Positions 48,200-56,695 of a DNA stretch of 64,000 nt are shown here, one piece after another. How positions within the stretch are numbered: position 1 is the first letter of the stretch; each line of letters starts with the position of its first letter. The stretch lies in assembly GCA_934101595.1 (NCBI GenBank), contig CAKORR010000003.1, positions 105,748 to 169,747 of the forward strand, read 5' to 3'. This stretch comes from an uncultured Bacilli bacterium. Its GTDB lineage: Bacteria; Bacillota_I; Bacilli_A; RF39; UBA660. The translations under genes and the position numbers were made by a program. Below the pieces are notes generated by a model. That model saw only the letters and a list, made by a program, of their open reading frames with translations, had not been told where the DNA came from and searched no databases.

Positions 48200-48715
48200 T
48201 CATACAATATCACTTATAAAAAAATCAAGCAAAAAGATAATTCCTAAAGTAATGCCTAAATAATTAAACTTAACTCCAAGCTTAGATTTGAATTTGTTTA
48301 TTAAAGGTATTACAACATACATTAGCAAAAGCCCCGAAAACGCAAAAAATAATATTGATCTCAAACAGATAAAACCACCAATATTACCAAAATTTAAGAT
48401 TTCGGTATTATAATCCCATAAACGGATTTTTTTCACTTTAAAAAGCAAATAACCTGTTATAAACTCCAGTAATCCACAAACAATCATACTCAATAAAAAT
48501 ACTAAGAAGGGATTTTTATTTATTTTTTTACAAACAAAATAAATAAGCAATCCGCCAAAAGCATATATAGGGATCCATGGGCCGAATGTTGTCCCTCTTT
48601 TAACAAAATAGCCAAGATCAATTCTATAAAAAATAGTTTCATATAAAAAGCCAAATATTCCACTTATAACCATAATCATTAACAAAAATGCTATCTTATT
48701 TATTATTTTTTTCAT
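48200..48715 (-). CDS. Polytopic membrane protein (putative ABC-transporter type IV / CmpB-like, DUF1113)
   Basis: GIFGFLYETIFYRI N-terminal motif and 4-5 TMs. By-eye family call. Confidence 0.45.
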   Translation of the reverse strand: MKKIINKIAFLLMIMVISGIFGFLYETIFYRIDLGYFVKRGTTFGPWIPIYAFGGLLIYFVCKKINKNPFLVFLLSMIVCGLLEFITGYLLFKVKKIRLWDYNTEILNFGNIGGFICLRSILFFAFSGLLLMYVVIPLINKFKSKLGVKFNYLGITLGIIFLLDFFISDIV

Positions 48716-48835
48716 AAACATCACAACCATACATCTATTCTATATATATTCTATCATGATTAGTTGTAATTTTTAAAGTTATTTATAAATAATAAAACAC
48801 CTAATATTATTAAATATCAAGTGCTTTTAATATCT

Positions 48836-49585
48836 CTATTTATCTTTGTTTTCACACTTTAAATTATATTCATTACAAGTATATGAATTTAATCCTAAAC
48901 TGAAATATTTTTTAGGAGAAGCATTAAATAAATCTAACAAACCATACTCATCAAACAACTTTTTTTCATTAGGATATGTTTCGCCCGCAGGAAATTCAAT
49001 GGCTATCGATAAAGGAGTTTTTTCACCATTAATATCTTCTAAGCCTCGTCCCCAAACCTTAAATCCTTCTAAACTATTGATCTTTTTTATTAAATCATCC
49101 GAAATTTCAATTGGGCACCATTCATACATTAAATAATTAAGTGTAACGCCATTTACTGGATCAATCATTTCCGATAAATCCTGGATTCCATAATTACCAA
49201 TTTGGCAACCACCAATTTTTGTACAACTAACTTTTTTTCTACATTCATTCCTTACAAGAATAAAATTTATAATTGTATTACTTGGGTTATTTTTAATATA
49301 ATCGTTATAATCTAACAGTTCTTTTTTTTCTAAATCTATTATTCGCTTTTTTTCATTATCTATAATAATTTTGGAAGAAGTTATTCTTATGTTACCATTT
49401 GCATAAAAATAGTTATAATCATCATGAGTCATTCTATATAACGGAAATACTAAATTATCGACATCTATTTTTTCCGGCTCTTTTTTTTCAATCTTATTAT
49501 TAGTTTCGGTTTTTTTACTAACATTATCACTACAACCTACTACAAGTACTAAAAATAATAACAAAAATACTATTTTTTTGTTCAT
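48836..49585 (-). CDS. Lipoprotein, hypothetical, Cys-containing
   Basis: Signal peptide with lipobox LVVGC. Start ATG 49585, downstream of the extended -10 TGgTATAAT. Confidence 0.6.
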   Translation of the reverse strand: MNKKIVFLLLFLVLVVGCSDNVSKKTETNNKIEKKEPEKIDVDNLVFPLYRMTHDDYNYFYANGNIRITSSKIIIDNEKKRIIDLEKKELLDYNDYIKNNPSNTIINFILVRNECRKKVSCTKIGGCQIGNYGIQDLSEMIDPVNGVTLNYLMYEWCPIEISDDLIKKINSLEGFKVWGRGLEDINGEKTPLSIAIEFPAGETYPNEKKLFDEYGLLDLFNASPKKYFSLGLNSYTCNEYNLKCENKDK

Positions 49586-49707
49586 AAAATCACTCACTTT
49601 TCTTCTTAAATACCACGTTAATATTATACCATGCTTATCATATATTTTTTAATAATTTTTTTAAATATACATATCAAAATTATTTAACAGTTTGAAAAGA
49701 ATCGAAC

Positions 49708-49730
49708 AAAAAATGGAGCCTTTCGGCTCC
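49708..49730 (-). terminator. Intrinsic terminator preceded by the CCCCCTGAAG motif (copy 1)
   Basis: Minus strand CCCCCTGAAG-GAGCC-gaaa-GGCTCC-ATTTTTTG. Confidence 0.65.
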
Positions 49731-49915
49731 TTCAGGGGGAACATTGGTAAGGGTTTTTACTGAATTATTCCCCGTTAAAAGGATTTATTTTCAACACATT
49801 TTATCATTCTAAATCACTTTTAATAACTCTAAAGCTTAAAATTATAAGATGTTAATAAGCGGTAGAATTTGTTGTTGATAACTATGCCGTTATCAACCGA
49901 ATATTGTATTATTAA

Positions 49916-50131
49916 TTATATTAATAATTTTAATTTATTATATATTGAATATAGTGTTATTAAATATATGAAACCTCCACCTATAATTATACATAACCAT
50001 AATGGTTTATCAAAACTCATAACACTTAATGCTGGTATTACTTTGTTCGAATTAGATGGTATTACAAAAGCTAATATGCATATAGCAATAAAACCTTTAA
50101 TCCCAAGTGTTTGAAAAATTCTCTTTAACAT
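49916..50131 (-). CDS. Small 2-TM membrane protein (71 aa)
   Basis: Start ATG 50131 after GAGGTGA. Two hydrophobic segments. Coupled to the upstream 85-aa ORF. Confidence 0.5.
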   Translation of the reverse strand: MLKRIFQTLGIKGFIAICILAFVIPSNSNKVIPALSVMSFDKPLWLCIIIGGGFIYLITLYSIYNKLKLLI

Positions 50132-50136
50132 GACAA

Positions 50137-50394
50137 TCACCTCTTAACATCTATTTCACTTACTACATCACATAATTCATCACTTAAATCTAAAAGCATT
50201 TGCATTATTTGCTCATTAAGAACACCGTAATATTCATAAAGTCTTGATTGTTCAGTCTTTCTAGACTCATCAAAATATTGACTTAATATAATGCATAGAC
50301 CTCTAACATCTCTTATATCTCTTGCTATAGAGTTTAATTGGTCTAATGTATCGAGTTCTAAATCACCTCTGTATTTGTCTTTTGTAGGTTTCAT
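50137..50394 (-). CDS. Small acidic helical protein (85 aa)
   Basis: ORF with RBS GGGGGG 5 nt before the ATG. No family recognised. Confidence 0.5.
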   Translation of the reverse strand: MKPTKDKYRGDLELDTLDQLNSIARDIRDVRGLCIILSQYFDESRKTEQSRLYEYYGVLNEQIMQMLLDLSDELCDVVSEIDVKR

Positions 50395-50416
50395 TTTTAC
50401 CCCCCGTCAGAAATAT

Positions 50417-50459
50417 ATTATAACATACAACCGACTATTTATCGAATATATGTTATAAT
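50417..50459. promoter_or_regulatory. Mirror-image divergent extended -10 promoters
   Basis: attataaca (50417-50425, reading TGTTATAAT on the minus strand) and TGTTATAAT (50451-50459, plus strand), 25 nt apart, serving 50394<- and ->50479. Confidence 0.55.
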
Positions 50460-50478
50460 GTTAATGAGGTGAAATTAT

Positions 50479-51870
50479 ATGAAGTCTTTATTTAAAGATA
50501 AAAAACTCATTATATGTATTGCAGCAACTTTAATAATCTTATTGATTATAGGAAGTATTTTATTATTTAATAATAGAAAGAAAGGAAACGAAGCGAATAT
50601 ATCAAAAGATGTTACTAACAATTATGTAGCTTATGTTAAAATTAACCCATTAATAAAACTAGAATTTTCTCAAACTTGTAAAAACACTAATAAAAATGAT
50701 AGTGTAAATACAAATTGTGAAAATCCAATAGTGACTAGATATGAATTAGTAAATGATGATGCTAAAACTATTTACAAAGATATCAACTTAATCGACGTAA
50801 GCGATCAATTATGGTCTGTACTTACTTTAATTAATACTACGGCAAAAGAACATAATATAGTTGTTGATACAGTTGACATTTACAGCGATTGGGATAAGTT
50901 AGACAAATATATAAATGATGAAAATAACACTACATACAATTGGAAATATAATATCAATATTAAACCAACTGATGAATTAAAGAACATTATTAATTCTTTA
51001 GAAGGATATACTAAAACATATACTGTTTCATTTGATAGTAATGGTGGTTCTAAAATTGGGAAGCAAGAAATAAACGAAAATGAGAAGATAAATGAACCTT
51101 CTTCACCAACAAGAAATGGTTATAAATTTGTAGAATGGCAATTAGATGGCAAAAAATATGACTTTAATACAGAAGTTAATAAAGACATAACATTGATTGC
51201 CAAATGGACAAAGAATAATGATAAAGAATTAAATAGTACAACAGAAAAAGATAAAACAAGTAATACAGTAAATAATGATACTAAAACTAAAGAAATATCT
51301 ATTCAAGACATAGCAATGAAAAATATGAGCAACCAATATAGATATGCTGCTACAAAGAAAAATACAATTAAGGTTACTTTAACTGGTAATGTGGGTTCAA
51401 TAGATAAAATAAATGAAAGTAATATTGAATTATATGTAGATGTTAAAGATTTAAAAGCTGGTACACATAATGTTAAAGTTATGTTATCAGGAATAGGTTC
51501 AGATATTAAGTATACTTTAAATCCAACAAATATTGACATTGTAGTAAGTTATACTGTACCTGCAGAAGAAAATGTATCTTATTTCGATATCCCATGGGAG
51601 ATAATAAATGATGGTACCTACGAACAATTTGCAAAAAAGCATGGAATAACAATAAATTTAGTTGCAGACGATAAATATAAGTGTAGTTCTCACTTTAGTA
51701 GACCTAGTAATCCAAACGGATATAAAAAAGGAGATGTTGTTATAGCTTATGGTTTTATGGGCATAGAATGTGTAGAAAATTGTGTTTGCAGTGGAGAAGA
51801 ATGTCAAACTCATCCACCAAGATATGAAACTAAATTTCTATTTGGTGCATGTGGTGATACTGGTTATTAA
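50479..51870 (+). CDS. Membrane-anchored surface protein with InlB B-repeat domain, Ig-like region and Cys-rich C-terminus
   Basis: YVAYVKINPLIKLEF and GYKFVEWQLDGKKYDFNTEVNKDITLIAKWTK parallel 47110..48138. RBS GAGGTG. Confidence 0.7.
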   Translation: MKSLFKDKKLIICIAATLIILLIIGSILLFNNRKKGNEANISKDVTNNYVAYVKINPLIKLEFSQTCKNTNKNDSVNTNCENPIVTRYELVNDDAKTIYKDINLIDVSDQLWSVLTLINTTAKEHNIVVDTVDIYSDWDKLDKYINDENNTTYNWKYNINIKPTDELKNIINSLEGYTKTYTVSFDSNGGSKIGKQEINENEKINEPSSPTRNGYKFVEWQLDGKKYDFNTEVNKDITLIAKWTKNNDKELNSTTEKDKTSNTVNNDTKTKEISIQDIAMKNMSNQYRYAATKKNTIKVTLTGNVGSIDKINESNIELYVDVKDLKAGTHNVKVMLSGIGSDIKYTLNPTNIDIVVSYTVPAEENVSYFDIPWEIINDGTYEQFAKKHGITINLVADDKYKCSSHFSRPSNPNGYKKGDVVIAYGFMGIECVENCVCSGEECQTHPPRYETKFLFGACGDTGY

Positions 51871-52010
51871 ACTTTTATGAATTTTTAATTAATGAATATT
51901 TATATACTTCGTATATAAATAATGGATAAGAACAAAGCAAATCTTGATATACCCATTACTTACGCTTTTATTATCCATGACATAGTGGCATAGTAATATT
52001 CCACTAATAA

Positions 52011-52043
52011 GAGCTAGGTTTATTTCTCGCCTAGTTCTTTTTT
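52011..52043 (+). terminator. Terminator of the 50479..51870 gene
   Basis: GAGCTAGG-11 nt-CCTAGTTC followed by T6. Confidence 0.6.
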
Positions 52044-52101
52044 GTGTTGTGTTTTTAAAACAAGGCAATGGTATATCTTTATAGGGGGCTATTAATGAAT
52101 A

Positions 52102-52155
52102 TGAATTTTGAATTTTATCAATATTATTAATAATATTGATAAAATTCAAAATTCA
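52102..52155. repeat. Perfect 54-bp palindrome (27-bp arms, no spacer)
   Basis: tgaattttgaattttatcaatattatt / aataatattgataaaattcaaaattca. Verified base by base. Each arm carries a gaatttt direct duplication. Confidence 0.95.
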
Positions 52156-52257
52156 CAATCAAGTGATATTATAGATACTATTACTGATTTATGCAATAAT
52201 GGAGTATCTACAAATGATATAATTAATCAATTAAAAAACATAAAAATTCAGGAAAAT

Positions 52258-52293
52258 AAGAGATGAATAAGCGGTAATCATCTCTTTTCTTTT
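52258..52293 (+). terminator. Plus-strand terminator closing a short orphan unit
   Basis: AAGAGATGA-11 nt-TCATCTCTT (9 bp) followed by TTCTTTT. Confidence 0.55.
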
Positions 52294-52330
52294 GGTCATA
52301 TGCTCTCAAACCATTATAAATAAAGGAATA

Positions 52331-52358
52331 AAAAAAATGAGACGCATCTCTGCGCCTC
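52331..52358 (-). terminator. Terminator of the DUF975 gene preceded by the CCCCCTGAAG motif (copy 2)
   Basis: Minus strand CCCCCTGAAG-AGGCGCA-gaga-TGCGTCTC-ATTTTTTT. Confidence 0.65.
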
Positions 52359-52430
52359 TTCAGGGGGTTTTGGTTGATTGCCTCACAAAAAACATGAAAG
52401 CAATCAGCATGATTAATCTATCATGCTATA

Positions 52431-53132
52431 TCAATAATACTTATTTTTTTTAGAATTGTCAATTGGTTTTAAAGTATTTTTTTGCTTTTTTAAATTTTCA
52501 TAGTAAAGTGCCTGTGAAATGTACACATAAGGAATGACATAAATCAAAGCAAGCCCAAATGTAAATGCTGATAGAAAAAACCATCCAACAAATGAAATGT
52601 TAAAAATAAAATAATCCATTTTATATCCATTCATTAATTCCCTACTTGATTTCATAGTTTCTATAACACTTTTTTTACCATTATTATCAACATAAATAAA
52701 GCCAATCATTGCATAACAAAGCTGTAAAATAATTCCCGGCACAATTAAAACATATCCAAGTGACACTAAAAGTTCAGTAATGAAACTCAAAGCAAAAAGC
52801 TTAAAAAAGTCTTTCTTATAAGCAAAAAGATCATTAAACTCAGTTTCTTTTTTTCTAACAAGCTTTAATATTATCTTATACATTCCAAATGTCAAAAAAG
52901 TTGTTATTATACTATAAAAAAATGATAATCCACCATTTATAATACTTCCGTTTGACAAAACACATTCATTTTGAAAACTAAAATAACAATGATTAAAAAT
53001 AACCGCTATTTTTCTGTAAAGTAAACTCATGGCAAAAGAAAGTGTTAACACAAAAAAATAACGTAACCAAAATTCACTAAACTTTTCTCTAACTATATCT
53101 TTAGCTTCATTTTTAATTTCTATTCTATCCAT
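52431..53132 (-). CDS. DUF975 family membrane protein
   Basis: MDRIEIKNEAKDIVREKFSEFW start and a polytopic layout typical of DUF975. RBS AGGAG. Confidence 0.6.
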   Translation of the reverse strand: MDRIEIKNEAKDIVREKFSEFWLRYFFVLTLSFAMSLLYRKIAVIFNHCYFSFQNECVLSNGSIINGGLSFFYSIITTFLTFGMYKIILKLVRKKETEFNDLFAYKKDFFKLFALSFITELLVSLGYVLIVPGIILQLCYAMIGFIYVDNNGKKSVIETMKSSRELMNGYKMDYFIFNISFVGWFFLSAFTFGLALIYVIPYVYISQALYYENLKKQKNTLKPIDNSKKNKYY

Positions 53133-53140
53133 AATATCTC

Positions 53141-55126
53141 CTAATCTATTATATTTATATTATTCTTTATATCCAAATAAAACTGATATTTTTTATATAA
53201 ATTATTACTTATAAAATCCAAAGCATCATTTTTAGCATACAATAAAGTTTTTTTATCACGATAAATATTAGCAATTTTAAATGTCATAACTCCTGATTGA
53301 CGTGTTCCAAAGAAATCACCCTCTCTTCGCATTTCCAAATCTTTTTCACTAATATAAAAGCCATCATTACTTTCTTCAAGAACCTTAAGGCGTAATATAT
53401 CACTATTGCAAATTAAATAGCAACTACACTCCAAATCATTTCTACCAACCCTACCACGAAGCTGATGAATTGTTGCAAGGCCAAATCTTTCAGCATTAAA
53501 AATTACCATCATTGTTGCATTTTCTACATCAACTCCAACTTCAATAACAGTTGTTGATATTAATATATTTATAACACCATTTTTAAAATCATTCATTATA
53601 GCTTGCTTTTCATTACTTGGCAGTTTTCCATGCAAAACGCTTATGTTGTATTTACCATTAAAAGCAATATTTAATTTATCTTGTAAAACATATACACTCT
53701 TTATTTCGTCGTTTTCATCATCATTATTAATTAAAGGAGAAACAACAAAAACTTGATGACCATTTTTTAATTCATCATACATTTTTTTTAATACTTCTTT
53801 AAGATCCTTTAAAGGAACAACTTTAGTTTTTATTTCTTTTCGTCCAGCGGGTTTTTCTTTAATACACGAGACATCCAAATCACCATAAATTGTTAATGCA
53901 AGAGTTCTTGGTATTGGTGTTGCACTTAAATAAAGACAATCTGAGCTCTTTCCTTTTTCTTGTAAATACTTTCTTTGATTAACTCCAAAACGATGCTGCT
54001 CATCAGTAATTACAAGGCCCAAATTTTTTATTTTAACTTTCTCTTCAATTAATGCATGTGTTCCAATTATCAAATCAATTTCCCCGTTTGCAAGTCTTTC
54101 TATAACATTTTCCTTTTCACTTTTTTTCATACTGCCAACAAGTATATCGATATTCATAATATTACCAAGCAATTTTTTTATGCTACTAAAGTGCTGTAAA
54201 GCTAGTACCTCAGTTGGAGCCATAAAAGCACTTTGATAACCAGCCAAATAATTTGCTAAAACACCTATTACAGCAACAATAGTTTTACCACTTCCTACGT
54301 CTCCTATAACTAATCTATTCATCCTTTTTTCGCTTTTCATATCATTAATAATATCTTCGATGGCTTTTAATTGATCAGATGTGAGTTTAAAAGGAAGCTT
54401 TTCTATAAATTTTTTTATCTCTTCGTTATTTATATTTTTTCCAATTTTAGAAGCATTCTCATTTTGCACTTTAAAAGAAAGAATTTTAAACATAAAAACA
54501 AATAACTCTTCATAAACAAGTCTTTTTCTAGCAATTTTTACATCCTCCAAAGAATGAGGAAAATGTATTTTTTTAAGGGCAGCGCTTTCAGAGCAAAATT
54601 CATATTTTTCTTCTAAATAATTTGGAATTACTCCTTCTATATTTTTAAAATCCACCTCGCCCATTAATTTTTTTAAAATTGTATTAGTAATTTTATCTTT
54701 AACATGATAAACAGGTTCAATAAAATTATCAGGTATTACAAACTTTATATCACTAGCTAAAAAGGTATTCGAATCCACATTATATTTTCCAATAAGAAAA
54801 ATTTCTTTACCAACTTTTAAATTATTTTTTTGAAAGGCTCTATTAAATATGTATACTTTAAACACTAAATTATTTGACTCACATAAAAATGACATGCGAT
54901 TAAAATTCTTTTTTATATAATTAACAACTGGATCTTTTAATACTTTTGCTTTGTAAACACTAATGCATCCAGAAGACTCTTCCAAGTCTTTTGATAGGTT
55001 TTTAATTTCATAATAATTATATCTATATGGGTAGTAATGTATTAATTCGTCTGTTGTATTTATATTCATTTTTTTAAGAGATAGTGCCATTTTGGGTCCT
55101 ACTCCTTTTATATTTGTTACATCCAC
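53141..55126 (-). CDS. recG: ATP-dependent DNA helicase RecG
   Basis: Wedge domain plus helicase motifs GDVGSGKT, DEQHRFG and QLRGRVGR. Start is GTG 55126 (after GGGTGA) or GTG 55135. Confidence 0.9.
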   Translation of the reverse strand: MDVTNIKGVGPKMALSLKKMNINTTDELIHYYPYRYNYYEIKNLSKDLEESSGCISVYKAKVLKDPVVNYIKKNFNRMSFLCESNNLVFKVYIFNRAFQKNNLKVGKEIFLIGKYNVDSNTFLASDIKFVIPDNFIEPVYHVKDKITNTILKKLMGEVDFKNIEGVIPNYLEEKYEFCSESAALKKIHFPHSLEDVKIARKRLVYEELFVFMFKILSFKVQNENASKIGKNINNEEIKKFIEKLPFKLTSDQLKAIEDIINDMKSEKRMNRLVIGDVGSGKTIVAVIGVLANYLAGYQSAFMAPTEVLALQHFSSIKKLLGNIMNIDILVGSMKKSEKENVIERLANGEIDLIIGTHALIEEKVKIKNLGLVITDEQHRFGVNQRKYLQEKGKSSDCLYLSATPIPRTLALTIYGDLDVSCIKEKPAGRKEIKTKVVPLKDLKEVLKKMYDELKNGHQVFVVSPLINNDDENDEIKSVYVLQDKLNIAFNGKYNISVLHGKLPSNEKQAIMNDFKNGVINILISTTVIEVGVDVENATMMVIFNAERFGLATIHQLRGRVGRNDLECSCYLICNSDILRLKVLEESNDGFYISEKDLEMRREGDFFGTRQSGVMTFKIANIYRDKKTLLYAKNDALDFISNNLYKKYQFYLDIKNNINIID

Positions 55127-55179
55127 AATTATCACCCAGTTAATTATATCAAAAAAATTAACTTTTTTTTAAAAAACTA

Positions 55180-55208
55180 TTGACAAAATTGAACTTTTCA
55201 CTTAATAT
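55180..55208 (+). promoter_or_regulatory. Candidate promoter of an orphan plus-strand sRNA
   Basis: TTGACA (55180-55185), 17-nt spacer, TAATAT (55203-55208). There is no plus-strand ORF downstream. Confidence 0.45.
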
Positions 55209-55214
55209 AACAAT

Positions 55215-55309
55215 CACCAATTCACTTAAAGGCGAATTGGTACTAGTATCACACTAGTCAACCCCTTTTTATTCTTTGGGACAGTCTTCAGGGGGCTGTT
55301 CCTTTTTTT
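55215..55309 (+). ncRNA. Candidate small RNA (about 95 nt), unclassified
   Basis: Hairpins CCAATTC-N10-GAATTGG and ACTAGT-atcac-ACTAGT, a single-stranded AACCCCUUUUUAUUCUUU stretch, and terminator GGGACAG-tcttcaggggg-CTGTTCC plus T7. Lies between two minus-strand genes. Confidence 0.4.
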
Positions 55310-55325
55310 GTGTATAAAAAAATGA

Positions 55326-55799
55326 CTATATAAGCCATTGTAAAAAGCTAATACCCATTACACTTATTAAAAGCATAATTATACCAGCAAGTAAAACTCC
55401 ACCCATAACAGCCAGAACACTCTTCTTAAAATCTAAATTCAATAAACTTGCTGCTAATGTACCTGTCCACGCTCCAGTTCCCGGAAGTGGTATACCAACA
55501 AAAATAAGTAAAGCCCAGTAAACGCCATTTTTGGCTTTTTCTTCCAATTTTTTACCGCCGCTTTCACCCTTTTTTAAACACCAAGAAAAGAATTTGCCTA
55601 TTACCTTTTTATCACTACCCCAAACCAAAACTTTTCTTGCAAAAAAGAAAATAAATGGTACTGGAACCATATTTCCAATTATACATGTAATATAGCTTGG
55701 TATTAAGGGAAGGCCCTTATAGGCTGCTATTGGAATAGCTCCTCTTAATTCAATAATTGGTATCATAGAAACTATGAATATATATAAATACTTTTTCAT
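55326..55799 (-). CDS. COG2426 small multidrug-export-like membrane protein (Sm_multidrug_ex)
   Basis: PIIELRGAIPIA and GIPLPGTGAWTG motifs. Confidence 0.7.
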   Translation of the reverse strand: MKKYLYIFIVSMIPIIELRGAIPIAAYKGLPLIPSYITCIIGNMVPVPFIFFFARKVLVWGSDKKVIGKFFSWCLKKGESGGKKLEEKAKNGVYWALLIFVGIPLPGTGAWTGTLAASLLNLDFKKSVLAVMGGVLLAGIIMLLISVMGISFLQWLI

Positions 55800-55855
55800 T
55801 TTATCACCTATAGAAACAATTATAGCAAAAACAAAAAGTAAAAAAAAGGGTTTCT

Positions 55856-56695
55856 TTATTTTATAAAGTTAGAAGAAACCCATCTATTTTTTATTTCAGA
55901 TATTTTTATCCATTTGTCCTTTTTCACAATAGCTACGACAGTTTTTCTTGGAAGTGGTGATTTTTCGCTCCAAAGATTATAATTAGTTCCAGGTCCATAT
56001 CTTACATTTAAATTATCCGCATTAACATTTCCACTTTCATAAACAAAAGGCGGTCTAGATGAAGTAAGATAATTATTCGCAACATATGAATTTTCACTAA
56101 TTTTAGCCCAACCATTTTTCAAGGAAAGCACTTTTACTTTGGTGTTTTTTGGCAAATCATTTAAAAGCTTATATTTTACTGAAGGACCACTTCTTACATT
56201 TAAATTATCACAATTATAAACATATCTTATATTATCATCAAAGCTTTTACCCTGCAAAAAAGGAAGTGGATCAACAAGTACGTTATTATGTTTTATTGAA
56301 ATATGTAGATGAACTCCGGTTGAATTTCCAGTTGTTCCCATATATCCAATTACTTGCCCCTTTTTTATCCTTTGCCCTTTTTTAACAACTATACTTCCTT
56401 TTTTCATATGTGCATAAATCACAAGATAATCACCATGTGAAACATATACGTAATAGCCCGATCCATTTTTACTATAACCAGTACTTTTAACTACACCATC
56501 ATCAATTGAAATTATATAATCAGCAGCATAATTTTTACCAATCATGTCAATTCCACTATGACTATTACGTCCACTATTTCGCGTTTTATAATCACTAGTC
56601 ATATAATGAACACCACTTTTTAATACGGGATTTTTAACCGCTATTTTCGTCCTTATTACAATTACCTCCCTTCTTGCATTCATGAGCAATATCAT
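55856..56695 (-). CDS. M23 (LytM-type) peptidase with two SH3b domains, no signal peptide (endolysin-like)
   Basis: HSGIDM...GTTGNSTGVHLHISI metal motifs. Two NVRSGPS/NVRYGPG SH3b modules. Start ATG 56695 or 56683, overlapping the holin-like ORF. Confidence 0.75.
   Translation of the reverse strand: MILLMNARREVIVIRTKIAVKNPVLKSGVHYMTSDYKTRNSGRNSHSGIDMIGKNYAADYIISIDDGVVKSTGYSKNGSGYYVYVSHGDYLVIYAHMKKGSIVVKKGQRIKKGQVIGYMGTTGNSTGVHLHISIKHNNVLVDPLPFLQGKSFDDNIRYVYNCDNLNVRSGPSVKYKLLNDLPKNTKVKVLSLKNGWAKISENSYVANNYLTSSRPPFVYESGNVNADNLNVRYGPGTNYNLWSEKSPLPRKTVVAIVKKDKWIKISEIKNRWVSSNFIK

Noticed and set aside
51889-52149. 86-aa minus-strand ORF (MNFINIINNIDKIQNS...) in the gap after the 50479..51870 gene.
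   Set aside because: Its TTG start and first 15 codons are a mirror consequence of the 54-bp palindrome. It runs through the plus-strand terminator at 52011-52043, has no RBS and has an odd composition. It is probably spurious, though not formally excluded.
55215-55309. Identification of the orphan RNA as SRP (4.5S/scRNA), 6S RNA, tmRNA or a riboswitch.
   Set aside because: It lacks the SRP domain IV motifs (GGAA/AGCA symmetric loop context). It is far shorter than 6S or tmRNA. It has no downstream gene on its strand, which argues against a cis-regulatory leader. It is left as unclassified.
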